Virus record (IMG/VR): IMGVR_UViG_3300029288_000054
Span: 198,607 to 262,606 of that record
Length of the DNA: 64,000 nt
Strand: one strand, 5' to 3'
Origin: a virus
Lineage: Duplodnaviria; Heunggongvirae; Uroviricota; Caudoviricetes
Every line of letters starts with the position of its first letter. The stretch's first letter is position 1. Below are positions 9,774-18,519 of the stretch, piece after piece. The position numbers and the translations under genes are program-made. The notes beneath the pieces are model-generated. The model saw only the letters and a list, made by a program, of their open reading frames with translations, was not told the DNA's origin and searched no databases.

Positions 9774-10070
9774 CTATTCGCGAGCTAACTCAAGCAACGC
9801 ATTCTCTTTGAATGCATCCCGTTCTTTTTCATCTTCGATCAGAACGTCAGCTAAGATACAAACTTGTATTTCAGCACGCTCGGCTAGCTCATCGTCTGAT
9901 GGAATGTAGGGAACGCGGCGATCGCGCCAATGGCGTTTGCAAATTACACGGGATTTTACATACTGTTCCCTATTATACGGCCAATGGATACCTCTATGTC
10001 GAAACCGACCATTTTGTTTGATTGGCTCCTCATAGATTCGTTGGATTTTAATGGCCGTTCGGAGTCGCAT
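9774..10070 (-). CDS. hypothetical protein
   Basis: 98 aa ORF. Confidence 0.35.
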   Translation of the reverse strand: MRLRTAIKIQRIYEEPIKQNGRFRHRGIHWPYNREQYVKSRVICKRHWRDRRVPYIPSDDELAERAEIQVCILADVLIEDEKERDAFKENALLELARE

Positions 10071-10320
10071 CGAGTAATACTTTGACCTTTTTTGGAGTTG
10101 CGCCCTCGATCAGACCGGTGCGTTCGATAGTGGCGTTCAGGATTTGTCTGATTGCTATATATTCGTTGGATTTCCTGAACGCAGTCCTGGCTTCTCTGGT
10201 CGGATACGCAAGCACGACTAATCCGTCGATAGGATTGAATAGGGCGTTTGATAAGTCGGCCCAAGTTTCAACAGAGCGAGATAATGATAACGCCTGTTCT
10301 ACTAGCTGTCCCGGAGTCAT
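10048..10320 (-). CDS. hypothetical protein
   Basis: 90 aa ORF. Confidence 0.35.
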   Translation of the reverse strand: MTPGQLVEQALSLSRSVETWADLSNALFNPIDGLVVLAYPTREARTAFRKSNEYIAIRQILNATIERTGLIEGATPKKVKVLLDATPNGH

Positions 10321-10550
10321 AATTGCTCCTTGATCCTGTCAGTCAACGCAATTGCTGCTTCCCTAATGGGTTTTAACTTTTCTGCAAGCTGAGTGTCAGC
10401 GAATCTTGCACCAGCAAGGAAGGCACTTTCGATCCTATTGCGTAGAAACACGCCATCTGCAGATCCAGCACAACATCGTCGGCCTTCATCAGACGCAAGC
10501 CACGTATCGCGTGCTTTAGCTAGATCAGATCGAAGTTCAGCCATTTTCAA
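10317..10550 (-). CDS. hypothetical protein
   Basis: 77 aa ORF. Confidence 0.35.
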   Translation of the reverse strand: MKMAELRSDLAKARDTWLASDEGRRCCAGSADGVFLRNRIESAFLAGARFADTQLAEKLKPIREAAIALTDRIKEQL

Positions 10551-11730
10551 TCGCCTCCTTTAGCGGATACCACGATAGCTCTCCCATTTGTCGGTCGGCA
10601 TAAGTTGGTCCTCTGCCGGTAACGACGACAGGAGCTAATGTTTGTTTAATCATCTTTTTGAGTTCGATATAATCGACATGCTTAGTCTCGCCATTTAGAA
10701 CAGGAATCAAGCGATTCATGTGATCAATACAACTCAAAGAGATGTTGTGCAATTGCCCACCTAAAGCTGCCTTCGAATAGGCTAAGACATTCAAATCGAG
10801 TAGGCCGTATCTTATGTGTCCTTGCCATTCATTTGGTGGGTTGCCAACATCGATATTGAGCGCGTGAGCCATTACGTTTTGGTCATATGATAAGAACGTA
10901 CCCGCTCCGTGCCGCGTCAGATAAGGACGGATGCAACCCATGACGTTAACTTCGGTATCCGATCCCTGTAACAATTCACCGGCATGCTTTAATGTGACAG
11001 TCGACCAAGTGGTATATGGATGATAGCCGTGATTCTCGTCAAGTAGCATACCTTGTGCGCCTTCGAAAATAGCCATTTTGAAATCTGGCATCTTCTCGAC
11101 GACGTTGATCTTGAGTGAAGCATCTATTAGATGGATGTAGAGCGAGTCCGGATCAAGACATTCGCCTACCGGCATACCAGCTTGCTTCGAAGCCCATTGT
11201 TGAATCTTCTTCAACTTGTCAATTGCAACTCTACGACCTTTGATAGACAGAACTCGCAAATCCTTCATACGTAATGCATCATCAGGATGAAGGATGGAAT
11301 GTTCCCGTGTAGCACCTATCCCAAGTCCGCAAGACCCGTGTTTGTCATCTCCTCTTTTGCGTTCTAGAGTTCTATTTAACGACTGGTGATAAGGCGTTGT
11401 GATAAGACACTCTTGATCTACGCTGAGCAATTTCCACGGATTCAAACCAAGTTCGATAAGATGCTTTGCCTCATTCACCATGAAAAATGGCGAAATGATG
11501 ACATTAGGCCCTAAGTAGCTCGGTACATGATGTAGAGAGCCAGAGCCGAATTGACTGAAAATGTGATGCGTTCCATCGGGCAACACTACATTGTGTGCGG
11601 CTTGGCACCCGCCACAATAGCGAACAACAAGGTCGGCCTTGAGTTGACGACAAAGGTAGTCAGTTGATGCACCTTTCCCTTCATCCCCGAACCCAAGGCC
11701 GACGATGATAACAGCACGGCGAGTCGCCAC
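10537..11730 (-). CDS. adenylosuccinate synthetase family protein (PurA/PurZ-like), probable GTG start
   Basis: IIVGLGFGDEGKGAS P-loop, RYCGGCQAAHNV (His41 equivalent present), FEGAQGMLLDENHGYHPY, LTRHGAGTF. An in-frame GTG at 11730 with a GAGGG Shine-Dalgarno 9 nt upstream begins right after the upstream stop. The 489 aa ATG-to-stop ORF would overlap the upstream gene by 270 nt. Confidence 0.7.
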   Translation of the reverse strand: MATRRAVIIVGLGFGDEGKGASTDYLCRQLKADLVVRYCGGCQAAHNVVLPDGTHHIFSQFGSGSLHHVPSYLGPNVIISPFFMVNEAKHLIELGLNPWKLLSVDQECLITTPYHQSLNRTLERKRGDDKHGSCGLGIGATREHSILHPDDALRMKDLRVLSIKGRRVAIDKLKKIQQWASKQAGMPVGECLDPDSLYIHLIDASLKINVVEKMPDFKMAIFEGAQGMLLDENHGYHPYTTWSTVTLKHAGELLQGSDTEVNVMGCIRPYLTRHGAGTFLSYDQNVMAHALNIDVGNPPNEWQGHIRYGLLDLNVLAYSKAALGGQLHNISLSCIDHMNRLIPVLNGETKHVDYIELKKMIKQTLAPVVVTGRGPTYADRQMGELSWYPLKEAIENG

Positions 11731-11734
11731 GATG

Positions 11735-12715
11735 TTAGACCCTCGCCAATCCGGTTCCGGAAACGGAACCCTTAACCAGCTTGCGACCAGCCGAATCGGC
11801 CAGCGGGACGAGTGCTTTGGTGATCGAAGCACGTCGGTCCTTCGAGACACCGGCATCGTCGAGGTTACGTCCAACCGAGTCGAGGTCATAGCCCTCAGCA
11901 AGGCTGATCGTGCTCGCGATGACTTCACTGATGGCGTCGGGATCATCGAGCCGCAGAACTTGCTGACCGAGCAACTTCTGCCAACCTTCCAACAACCACG
12001 GAGCATCGTAGTGGCTGGTACCGCGTGGGATCAGGAAGTAGACGTCATACATCATCTGCAACTCTTCCATGATCGTCTCAACAGGGATGTTCTCCTGCAG
12101 TGTGTCGCCGATGAGTCGTTTGACTTCATCCGCCTTCACTTGCGGGTAGTACAACTCATCGCCAGTCAAGAAGAGATAACCCTTCTTGTTCCGCTTCTCG
12201 AAGCAGTCGAGAGCCGTGTGGCGAGCCATGAAGTACATGGCCAACTCATAGCTCTCGGTATTCTGCCCACCACCAAGAGCTTCGAGATAGATGTTGGTCA
12301 AGCAGTCTTCGATCTCGATGCCGGACTCAAATTGTCCGACTTGTAGTGGTGCGACTTCGGTACCGCCGCTAGCGTCACCGATGGCACCGATCATGATTTG
12401 CGGATGTTCGACAACGCCCTTCCGCATCAAGAGGCCCATCAGTTGACAGAGTGCGGTTTGGAACTGTACCGGCACTCTCGCCATAGAGCCGGTTTCGTCG
12501 AAGAACACGCCGATAGCAAGACTCGTGGGATGAGCCTCGCTATCGCGGCTTTCGCGAAACTTCACGCCGAACGGGTTCAACAGATCGTTCACCTTTCTGG
12601 CACTCGGCGGCGCTGATCGCATCGCACTGTCGTAGGCGAATGTCGGTTTGCCGGTTGCGGCTCGCATCGTAACACGGTCTTTATAGTGGTCATTGGACCA
12701 GTTAGTACCACCCAT
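11735..12715 (-). CDS. von Willebrand factor type A (vWA) domain protein
   Basis: 326 aa. MIDAS-like VFFDETGSM (DxTxS) followed by the alternating hydrophobic pattern of a vWA fold (LFLTGDE). Confidence 0.6.
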   Translation of the reverse strand: MGGTNWSNDHYKDRVTMRAATGKPTFAYDSAMRSAPPSARKVNDLLNPFGVKFRESRDSEAHPTSLAIGVFFDETGSMARVPVQFQTALCQLMGLLMRKGVVEHPQIMIGAIGDASGGTEVAPLQVGQFESGIEIEDCLTNIYLEALGGGQNTESYELAMYFMARHTALDCFEKRNKKGYLFLTGDELYYPQVKADEVKRLIGDTLQENIPVETIMEELQMMYDVYFLIPRGTSHYDAPWLLEGWQKLLGQQVLRLDDPDAISEVIASTISLAEGYDLDSVGRNLDDAGVSKDRRASITKALVPLADSAGRKLVKGSVSGTGLARV

Positions 12716-12750
12716 AGCACATCACTCCAGTAAGGGTTAAAGAAACGCAG

Positions 12751-13758
12751 TTACATCGGTAGAGCATCGTATCGCGGAGGTCCATAGACCTTCTTGAGTA
12801 AATGCTTCCATTCGTCTAATAGTTTCCAGGCGTCTTGTGCCCTTTGCAGCGGCTTCGGATTGACACAAGATTCGAGGAATATCAGCAGTTGTGAAGGAAT
12901 TGCACCAGGTTCGTGTTGCTTGCACATTTCCAACATCGTCTTCGCTGCCAAGAAGATGTCGAGGCTCGGTGTCGCCGGATATTGTTTGGTGATTTCAGGC
13001 TTAGGGTACCACGCCTTAAATGCTAATGGCACAACAGAGAGCTTTTGTTCCATGCGACAGCAATTAGCCCAACTAATCAGTTTGCATCCACGATTGACGT
13101 TGTTGAACAGCAGATGCGTTGGTAGCACCGCACAGTGCATATAATTGGTTGCGTGTGCGAAACCAAGTATCGTCAACGTTCGATTGAACATCCAGGCGAC
13201 ATGTCTGCCGCCGACGCCCTTCGGATACTTGGCCATGAAATCATTGACGGTGTAGAATCCGTCATAATGTTGTTGGACTGCTACGCGGAGTTCGTCGTGG
13301 GTGAAGAGCTCGATCGGTTTAGCCAGATACTCGCTATATTTGCGATCACCAGCTTGGACGCGCATGTCAGCCAATATCTTGGCTTCCTTCTCAAGGTATT
13401 CGTTAGCTTCTTTAACATGTGCGACCTTGAGTATGACTGGCTTCGAATCGCCGCCTTTCTTTTGTGTTGTGAGATAGACTTTCGATATCTCACCGCTACC
13501 AAGTTGCGGGCCAAGGTGATACTCGAAGTCAGGAGAAGTCCAGATTGTCGGTGGCGTCTTCAATTCGGCAAATCGCTTCTCAAGTAAAGTGAAGACTTGT
13601 TTTGCCTTCTCTTTGACCTCTTCTGTACTCGACACAAAACGGTCAGGATGACACAACATCGCCCAGTCGCGATAGGTCTTGTCGACATCATCGCCGAAAA
13701 GATCTTGGGCTGTCTTTGCTGACTTCAATAGCGATTCGAGTTGATCTAGGTTCATCAT
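12751..13758 (-). CDS. J-domain / protein-kinase-like fusion protein (probable pseudokinase)
   Basis: 335 aa. N-terminal TYRDWAMLCHPDR (HPD J-domain motif), then LGSGEISKVYL (Gly-rich loop) and VILKVAHVK (beta3 Lys). The catalytic-loop position reads HCAVLPTHL, with no HRD Asp. Confidence 0.5.
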   Translation of the reverse strand: MMNLDQLESLLKSAKTAQDLFGDDVDKTYRDWAMLCHPDRFVSSTEEVKEKAKQVFTLLEKRFAELKTPPTIWTSPDFEYHLGPQLGSGEISKVYLTTQKKGGDSKPVILKVAHVKEANEYLEKEAKILADMRVQAGDRKYSEYLAKPIELFTHDELRVAVQQHYDGFYTVNDFMAKYPKGVGGRHVAWMFNRTLTILGFAHATNYMHCAVLPTHLLFNNVNRGCKLISWANCCRMEQKLSVVPLAFKAWYPKPEITKQYPATPSLDIFLAAKTMLEMCKQHEPGAIPSQLLIFLESCVNPKPLQRAQDAWKLLDEWKHLLKKVYGPPRYDALPM

Positions 13759-13763
13759 ATTCC

Positions 13764-14168
13764 TTAGGCTATATCTGGAATGTAGTTTACTGGCTTCAAT
13801 CCGCCAGCTACAAGCATATCCAATTCATCGCGAGAGATTACGCAGACCGATCTGGTCTTGATTATGGCGGCGTCGACTTTGACAATCGATCCATTGTTGC
13901 AATTGGTAACTTGCTCTAGAGTTCTACTAACCCAATCACCATAGTAGTCACCAATTTCGCCAAGTAAAAATGCAGCAACGGCATCAGAAAATAAAGCCCA
14001 GTGCCCTGCGACTTGCTGTGGGTGATTTGTTCCAGATCCGTTGATGAATCGCCAAGTGCCGCATTCATCCCACGGATACACTTTGATGTCTGGCCGCACG
14101 ATGTACAATGCCATCGCGATCGGTAGCGTCGATTCTGTGACCGGCGCGTCTTTCGAAACGAATTTCAT
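13764..14168 (-). CDS. hypothetical protein
   Basis: 134 aa ORF. Confidence 0.4.
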   Translation of the reverse strand: MKFVSKDAPVTESTLPIAMALYIVRPDIKVYPWDECGTWRFINGSGTNHPQQVAGHWALFSDAVAAFLLGEIGDYYGDWVSRTLEQVTNCNNGSIVKVDAAIIKTRSVCVISRDELDMLVAGGLKPVNYIPDIA

Positions 14169-14914
14169 TTTCTCTTCTTCTTGCTTGGCTCTTTGCGGAA
14201 GCTGTATTTATCAAATCCTTTAATACCGACCATATCCTTATCTGATGGCACCGGTATCGGCTTCTGCGGAGTCGCGAGCCCACCTAGAAACATCGCAATT
14301 TCTTGATAAGTTGTTACGGTATCCTTCACCTTGAAGAATTTATATTCCTTTAGGGAGCAGTTATAACAGACATACCAACCATCGCGGCGAGCCTCAATCA
14401 CGAAGATTGGATACTGGCTGAATAGCTGCTGAACCTTGGCTGCTTGATCCTCTCGCTCCCATTCAGTGAAGAAAAGCTCAAATTCAGCACGTCTCGCTGA
14501 CATATAATAGCGCCGGCGATAACGCTTACCCTTTTTGAGTGTCGCTTCGTTGAATGTCTCTTGGGTTTTCTTGTTGCACTTGGCCTTAATTATTTTGTCG
14601 ATATCAGCGAGGCTATAGCAGTAGGCTTCGATATCTTTTTCACAAGTGTTTGGATAATGCCAGTATAATTTGAAGCAAGGATATACCTTGCCAGCAATAC
14701 CGACAACATAGAATCGCATACCTGTTGGTAATTCACCGATTCTGGTATAACCGCCGCTGCGGTCGGTGTCCGGCATTGGGAAGGGAGCCCGCTTTGTTTT
14801 GAGTTCGGTCGCCAGCGGGAAATCGATCTTCTTGCGAATGTAGATGAGTTCTTGGTCCTGACCAAAAGCCTGGGCACAATCGTAGTAGTCGTGGAAGTCT
14901 GATTTGATTCTCAT
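14165..14914 (-). CDS. hypothetical protein
   Basis: 249 aa ORF with a lysine-rich C-terminus. Confidence 0.4.
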   Translation of the reverse strand: MRIKSDFHDYYDCAQAFGQDQELIYIRKKIDFPLATELKTKRAPFPMPDTDRSGGYTRIGELPTGMRFYVVGIAGKVYPCFKLYWHYPNTCEKDIEAYCYSLADIDKIIKAKCNKKTQETFNEATLKKGKRYRRRYYMSARRAEFELFFTEWEREDQAAKVQQLFSQYPIFVIEARRDGWYVCYNCSLKEYKFFKVKDTVTTYQEIAMFLGGLATPQKPIPVPSDKDMVGIKGFDKYSFRKEPSKKKRK

Positions 14915-15783
14915 AGCGACAGTCCTAGTGACAGTAGCGCAATTGACTCAAGGTTCGTCTCAACATATTGGTAGTCTTGTTGTTGCAGTACTGATTGAGC
15001 GGCTTCACAGACCTCTTGAGCGAGACCACGATAACGTTGCAGCAGGTCATTCTTGTATCGTTCGTAGTCTCTGATAATTGCACAAAGTAAAGCATGTTCG
15101 GTCGATTTGAATTTGCATCTGAACCCGTTCGCTTGTGTCCGCCACTTATAGATGTTCATGTAGTCGCGGATCATCAGATACTTATTGTATGATCTGCCCG
15201 GATTGACTTGCAAGTCTTTGATGAGAAGTTGCAAATTGCGGTCCGATACCTTTGCACGTCGTAATTTCTCATCGATGCAGCCATAATGTGCAAAGCATAT
15301 GCCCTGAACGAACATATAAGGCGATATGGCTTTATCTGGCCCCGTCGCTTTCATATCTTCCGGCATTTCGTGGATGCAGCCGACATATTGATAATGTGGT
15401 CGATTCCGAAACAGCCGCATACCCATCGCTGTCTTGTTGCCGCCAAGAATTAGATGCTCTTGGGCTAAGACGTAAGCTTCGTAATAATTCGACTCGACTA
15501 GCGGCAACAAGCCCTCAGGATTAAAAAGAACCTCGTCGGCGTCGATCTGTAGAATCCAATCACCAGTCAGCCCATCTTTTGCTGCATTTCGTGCTTGTGC
15601 GAAATCTTCGAATGGAATGATGCGTATATGGCATCCTAGCGATTCTGCTATCTTGATCGATGAATCGGTGCTTCCGGTATCGGCATAGACGATGGTTTTA
15701 GCAATACCCTTGACCGATTTGATGCATCGGCTAAGATGGTCTTCTTCGTTCTTACCAATCATTGATACAGTGATGGTCGCCAT
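14911..15783 (-). CDS. glycosyltransferase family 2
   Basis: 290 aa. VSMIGKNEE..L..CI.S, DTGSTDSS and DADE (DXD) motifs in GT2 order. Confidence 0.7.
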   Translation of the reverse strand: MATITVSMIGKNEEDHLSRCIKSVKGIAKTIVYADTGSTDSSIKIAESLGCHIRIIPFEDFAQARNAAKDGLTGDWILQIDADEVLFNPEGLLPLVESNYYEAYVLAQEHLILGGNKTAMGMRLFRNRPHYQYVGCIHEMPEDMKATGPDKAISPYMFVQGICFAHYGCIDEKLRRAKVSDRNLQLLIKDLQVNPGRSYNKYLMIRDYMNIYKWRTQANGFRCKFKSTEHALLCAIIRDYERYKNDLLQRYRGLAQEVCEAAQSVLQQQDYQYVETNLESIALLSLGLSL

Positions 15784-16127
15784 TACATCTTGCCTTTGTA
15801 TGGAAAAAGTGGCTTGTCTTCTACCACTTTCAACGTAACGCTCATGCGAGCAGATTTGATCACTTCGAAGCGAGTCCCAGGCTTCACGTAATGTTTAATT
15901 AGCAAGTCAGGCACAAAAGCCGTGGTCCCACGATAGATGCCTTGTTGTCTCACGAACCATCGCGGACCGGTGCCATCGAGCATTGCCCAAAGTTGTACTT
16001 TGAGTACCGGTGTTTTTAGTTGGTTATGCGCGAGCACGTACCCACCTTCACATTCGAGAACATCACCTACTTGGATGCCACGAGTGAGTAATTCTTCTGT
16101 TTTCTTTGCATCGTCAGCCATTATCAA
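15783..16127 (-). CDS. hypothetical protein
   Basis: 114 aa ORF. Confidence 0.4.
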   Translation of the reverse strand: MIMADDAKKTEELLTRGIQVGDVLECEGGYVLAHNQLKTPVLKVQLWAMLDGTGPRWFVRQQGIYRGTTAFVPDLLIKHYVKPGTRFEVIKSARMSVTLKVVEDKPLFPYKGKM

Positions 16128-16396
16128 CCACCCGGTTTCTCATCGGGCCATTTGTCGAGCCAAGCACCAAGGCCAAGTTGTCTCGCAGCTTTCTCCATCG
16201 TCGTTCTCGGAATGCACATCTTGTTTTCACCCGACATTTGGACTGCTAATTCCTCAATATCAACCCTGATATATTGTTGTAGTGCTGCAAGAAACAGGAT
16301 TGAATCGGTATCGTACGAGAAATCTTGTTTGAAGCTGGAAAACGAGCCGCATGAAAGCTTTCTAATACCTGACGGTTTCTTTTTCTTCTTCGCCAT
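16124..16396 (-). CDS. hypothetical protein (lysine-rich N-terminus)
   Basis: 90 aa ORF. Confidence 0.35.
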   Translation of the reverse strand: MAKKKKKPSGIRKLSCGSFSSFKQDFSYDTDSILFLAALQQYIRVDIEELAVQMSGENKMCIPRTTMEKAARQLGLGAWLDKWPDEKPGG

Positions 16397-16558
16397 TTAG
16401 GTTCTCTTCGCGAAAACGAACTCCATGACAAACATGACCACACCAACAAACACAATAAATGGGCAAAACACAATCTGGCCAAGCAAGTTCAGTTTTGCTT
16501 CTTTACCGTAGAAGCAAGCGAACCAAAATTTCGTCTCTTTGATTGCATTTTCCATCAT
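16397..16558 (-). CDS. small membrane protein (53 aa, not in ORF track)
   Basis: ATGATG start overlaps the TGA of 16555..16746. Its stop abuts the ATG of 16124..16396. Hydrophobic core FCPFIVFVGVVMFVMEFVF. Confidence 0.3.
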   Translation of the reverse strand: MMENAIKETKFWFACFYGKEAKLNLLGQIVFCPFIVFVGVVMFVMEFVFAKRT

Positions 16559-16746
16559 CGTCCCTGAGAGTTCTTCTTCAACGTTCGCTCACATAAGTCG
16601 TAAGCTGATACTAACTTGTCTTTCGGCACTCCATTCGGAAATACACGTTCGTGAAAGAATTTCCGCTGTTCTGGCGAGCATAGTTCCAATATCTCAGCAA
16701 GTTCTTGCCGCTGGAATTCTTCCGTCTTAGTGTCTAGTGTCGCCAT
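16555..16746 (-). CDS. hypothetical small protein
   Basis: 63 aa ORF. Confidence 0.35.
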   Translation of the reverse strand: MATLDTKTEEFQRQELAEILELCSPEQRKFFHERVFPNGVPKDKLVSAYDLCERTLKKNSQGR

Positions 16747-17021
16747 TAATAATGCCTGTTAATGGGTGTCACGACTAAGGTAGGGAGAACGGGATAACCA
16801 TCTGCATCAGCAACCGCCACAACATGGAAGGTCTCTGTAGCAAAACACTGTGCAGTATTTTCCTCTACAATCTCGCCATGGACGATACTCTCGAATTCGA
16901 TATCACCTGCACGATCTCGAATTCGCGTTAACTCTTCAATCACTTGTGTGAGCGAGACTCTCATCGATTTGTGCTTGTGTGAGTTGTGTGGTTTCGCGGT
17001 ACATGATTTCAACTTCGACAT
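16746..17021 (-). CDS. hypothetical protein
   Basis: 91 aa ORF. Confidence 0.35.
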   Translation of the reverse strand: MSKLKSCTAKPHNSHKHKSMRVSLTQVIEELTRIRDRAGDIEFESIVHGEIVEENTAQCFATETFHVVAVADADGYPVLPTLVVTPINRHY

Positions 17022-17253
17022 AAATACGGCCTGGATTTCCAGATTCTTCCATATGTCGCCACTTCCACGCTACGACCGTTCTGATACCCTCCGACTGCCA
17101 ATCATCGACACGTTCAAGTAGCTTATTCATCGCTTCTTCGCGATGAGGAGTGCTGATACGGTCGAAAAACACCTTGAATCGTGTCTTTGTTCTTGTTGCT
17201 GAGACACTTTGCGTCATTTTTTCACCAATAGTGATGCAATCAAATGTTCCCAT
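16936..17253 (-). CDS. hypothetical protein
   Basis: 105 aa ORF. Overlaps the downstream ORF by about 85 nt, so one of the two starts is probably later. Confidence 0.3.
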   Translation of the reverse strand: MGTFDCITIGEKMTQSVSATRTKTRFKVFFDRISTPHREEAMNKLLERVDDWQSEGIRTVVAWKWRHMEESGNPGRIYVEVEIMYRETTQLTQAQIDESLAHTSD

Positions 17254-17528
17254 TCATCCATCATATGCTGATTGCAAGTCTTGGAAAGATGTGGGTCGAG
17301 TTCATATGGCTTATGGAACAAGTCAACAGGGAAGGCTGGCAACCAACTGAATTCCTTTGCTCCTTCTGCTCCGATTCCGACCAGAGTGATATAAACATAA
17401 GAATCGATACTAGGACACCAGACCCTTATCCCAAGGACTGGCTTGTTTTGGTGATATTGTGGTGCCACATAGTACAAGCGACATCCAAGCTTGCTGCAAT
17501 AATACCAATGTGTTTTAGATACGTTCAT
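17214..17528 (-). CDS. hypothetical protein (start trimmed to ATG 17528 to clear tRNA-Ser)
   Basis: The annotated start at 17555 would run into the tRNA. An in-frame Met (MNVSKTHWYY) at 17528 sits 3 nt from the tRNA 3' end. Confidence 0.35.
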   Translation of the reverse strand: MNVSKTHWYYCSKLGCRLYYVAPQYHQNKPVLGIRVWCPSIDSYVYITLVGIGAEGAKEFSWLPAFPVDLFHKPYELDPHLSKTCNQHMMDEWEHLIASLLVKK

Positions 17529-17530
17529 AG

Positions 17531-17617
17531 CGGATAGTGTAGGATTCGAACCCACGGTGGACTTTCGCCCACGACGGTTTTCAAGACCGTAGCCTTAGAC
17601 CACTCGGCCAACTATCC
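17531..17617 (-). tRNA. tRNA-Ser(TGA): tRNA-Ser (anticodon UGA), type II
   Basis: Minus strand reads GGATAGT..GCC-GAGTGGTCTAA-GGC..ACGGT-CTTGAAA-ACCGT, a long variable stem-loop GTGGGC-GAAA-GTCCAC, a T-arm with GGTTCGAATCC, acceptor 3' ACTATCC and discriminator G. Confidence 0.75.
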
Positions 17618-17671
17618 TAAAGGTCATTCTTATTACAGTGTATGCAAGTTAAAAATGTACTGTTCATCAAG

Positions 17672-17746
17672 TACTCCCGGTCCGATTCGAACGGACGACC
17701 TGCGAGGTAGAAGCTCGCTGCTGCTAATCCACTGAGCTACGGGAGC
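17672..17746 (-). tRNA. tRNA-Arg(TCT): tRNA-Arg (anticodon UCU), atypical D-arm and G1-U72
   Basis: GCTCCCG-TA-GCTC-AGTGGATTAG-CAGC-A-GCGAG-CTTCTAC-CTCGC-AGGTC-GTCCG-TTCGAAT-CGGAC-CGGGAGT-A. D-stem is 3 bp plus a mismatch. Positions 1:72 are G-U. Confidence 0.6.
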
Positions 17747-18068
17747 ATACTGGTTTTTCGTTATATTTTTTGACCATATGAAAATGGTCTTCTAGTAATT
17801 GTGTGATTAATGCCGGGCTAGCGGGCGAATTCGCTATGAGCCAATTGTCACCGACTTTATCAAGTTGAAACCTGTCATCCATCTCCGGATATGAGCAGAC
17901 CCACAAAACGTCATCTCTATCCGAATCAGAGTAAATGATAAGTTCGCATAGCTCTTTCTGGACCAATAGGAACGGAGAAATGCTCCCGGAATCTCTGACG
18001 ATTCTGGTACTCCAATCATTGGTCTTGGCAAGAACCTCGATGGTTTTTAGAATGTCTTCTTTGGTCAT
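17724..18068 (-). CDS. hypothetical protein (start at ATG 18068, ATGA overlap)
   Basis: An in-frame Met overlaps the upstream TGA. The 3' end (17724-17746) reads through the first 23 nt of tRNA-Arg. Confidence 0.35.
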   Translation of the reverse strand: MTKEDILKTIEVLAKTNDWSTRIVRDSGSISPFLLVQKELCELIIYSDSDRDDVLWVCSYPEMDDRFQLDKVGDNWLIANSPASPALITQLLEDHFHMVKKYNEKPVCSRSSVD

Positions 18069-18271
18069 ATTTCTGTTCGCTTGATTTTGGTGTCGTCTGA
18101 TGGTACACAACCTGTCAATTGCATTCGCACTTTCGTGCAATTTATGCAATAAACTTTGGGAGGCTCACTGCATCTACCGGCATATCTCACTTCACACCGT
18201 CTGCCACAAGAACATCTATAAAATGCTCTTGGCATTACCCTCTTGCTCCCATATCGGGGTCGTGGCACCAA
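18065..18271 (-). CDS. zinc-ribbon small protein
   Basis: 68 aa with CSCGRRC...CINC Cys pairs. Confidence 0.3.
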   Translation of the reverse strand: MVPRPRYGSKRVMPRAFYRCSCGRRCEVRYAGRCSEPPKVYCINCTKVRMQLTGCVPSDDTKIKRTEI

Positions 18272-18519
18272 ACGTCATCACGATGTTCTTCTTCCTCATC
18301 AAAATCATCGTGGTTATCTTCATCTTCTTCCTTGATTTTGGAGGTCGAGTAGCTGACGGAAATCATACGCGACCAGTTGAATTTTCGTTCGCAACGACCA
18401 CATTCAGTTTCACTGTCTTCTTCTCCGCCGCTGCCGAAATCATAGCTTTCGCTGTGAACATAGCCACAGTACGGGCAGACAATTTCTCTAGTGAATTCGT
18501 GGTCTATTACTTCCGGCAT
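18235..18519 (-). CDS. zinc-finger protein with acidic C-terminal tail
   Basis: 94 aa. CPYCG...CGRC, followed by an EEDEDNHDDFDEEEE tract. Confidence 0.4.
   Translation of the reverse strand: MPEVIDHEFTREIVCPYCGYVHSESYDFGSGGEEDSETECGRCERKFNWSRMISVSYSTSKIKEEDEDNHDDFDEEEEHRDDVWCHDPDMGARG

Noticed and set aside
10537-12006. Full 489-aa ATG-initiated form of the PurA-like ORF
   Set aside because: Its first 92 codons overlap the upstream vWA gene by 270 nt and lack PurA similarity. The PurA homology begins exactly after an in-frame GTG with a good Shine-Dalgarno, so the shorter form was used.
11705-12346. 213-aa plus-strand ORF antisense to the vWA gene
   Set aside because: Entirely embedded antisense in a gene with clear domain motifs. 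No motif content of its own.
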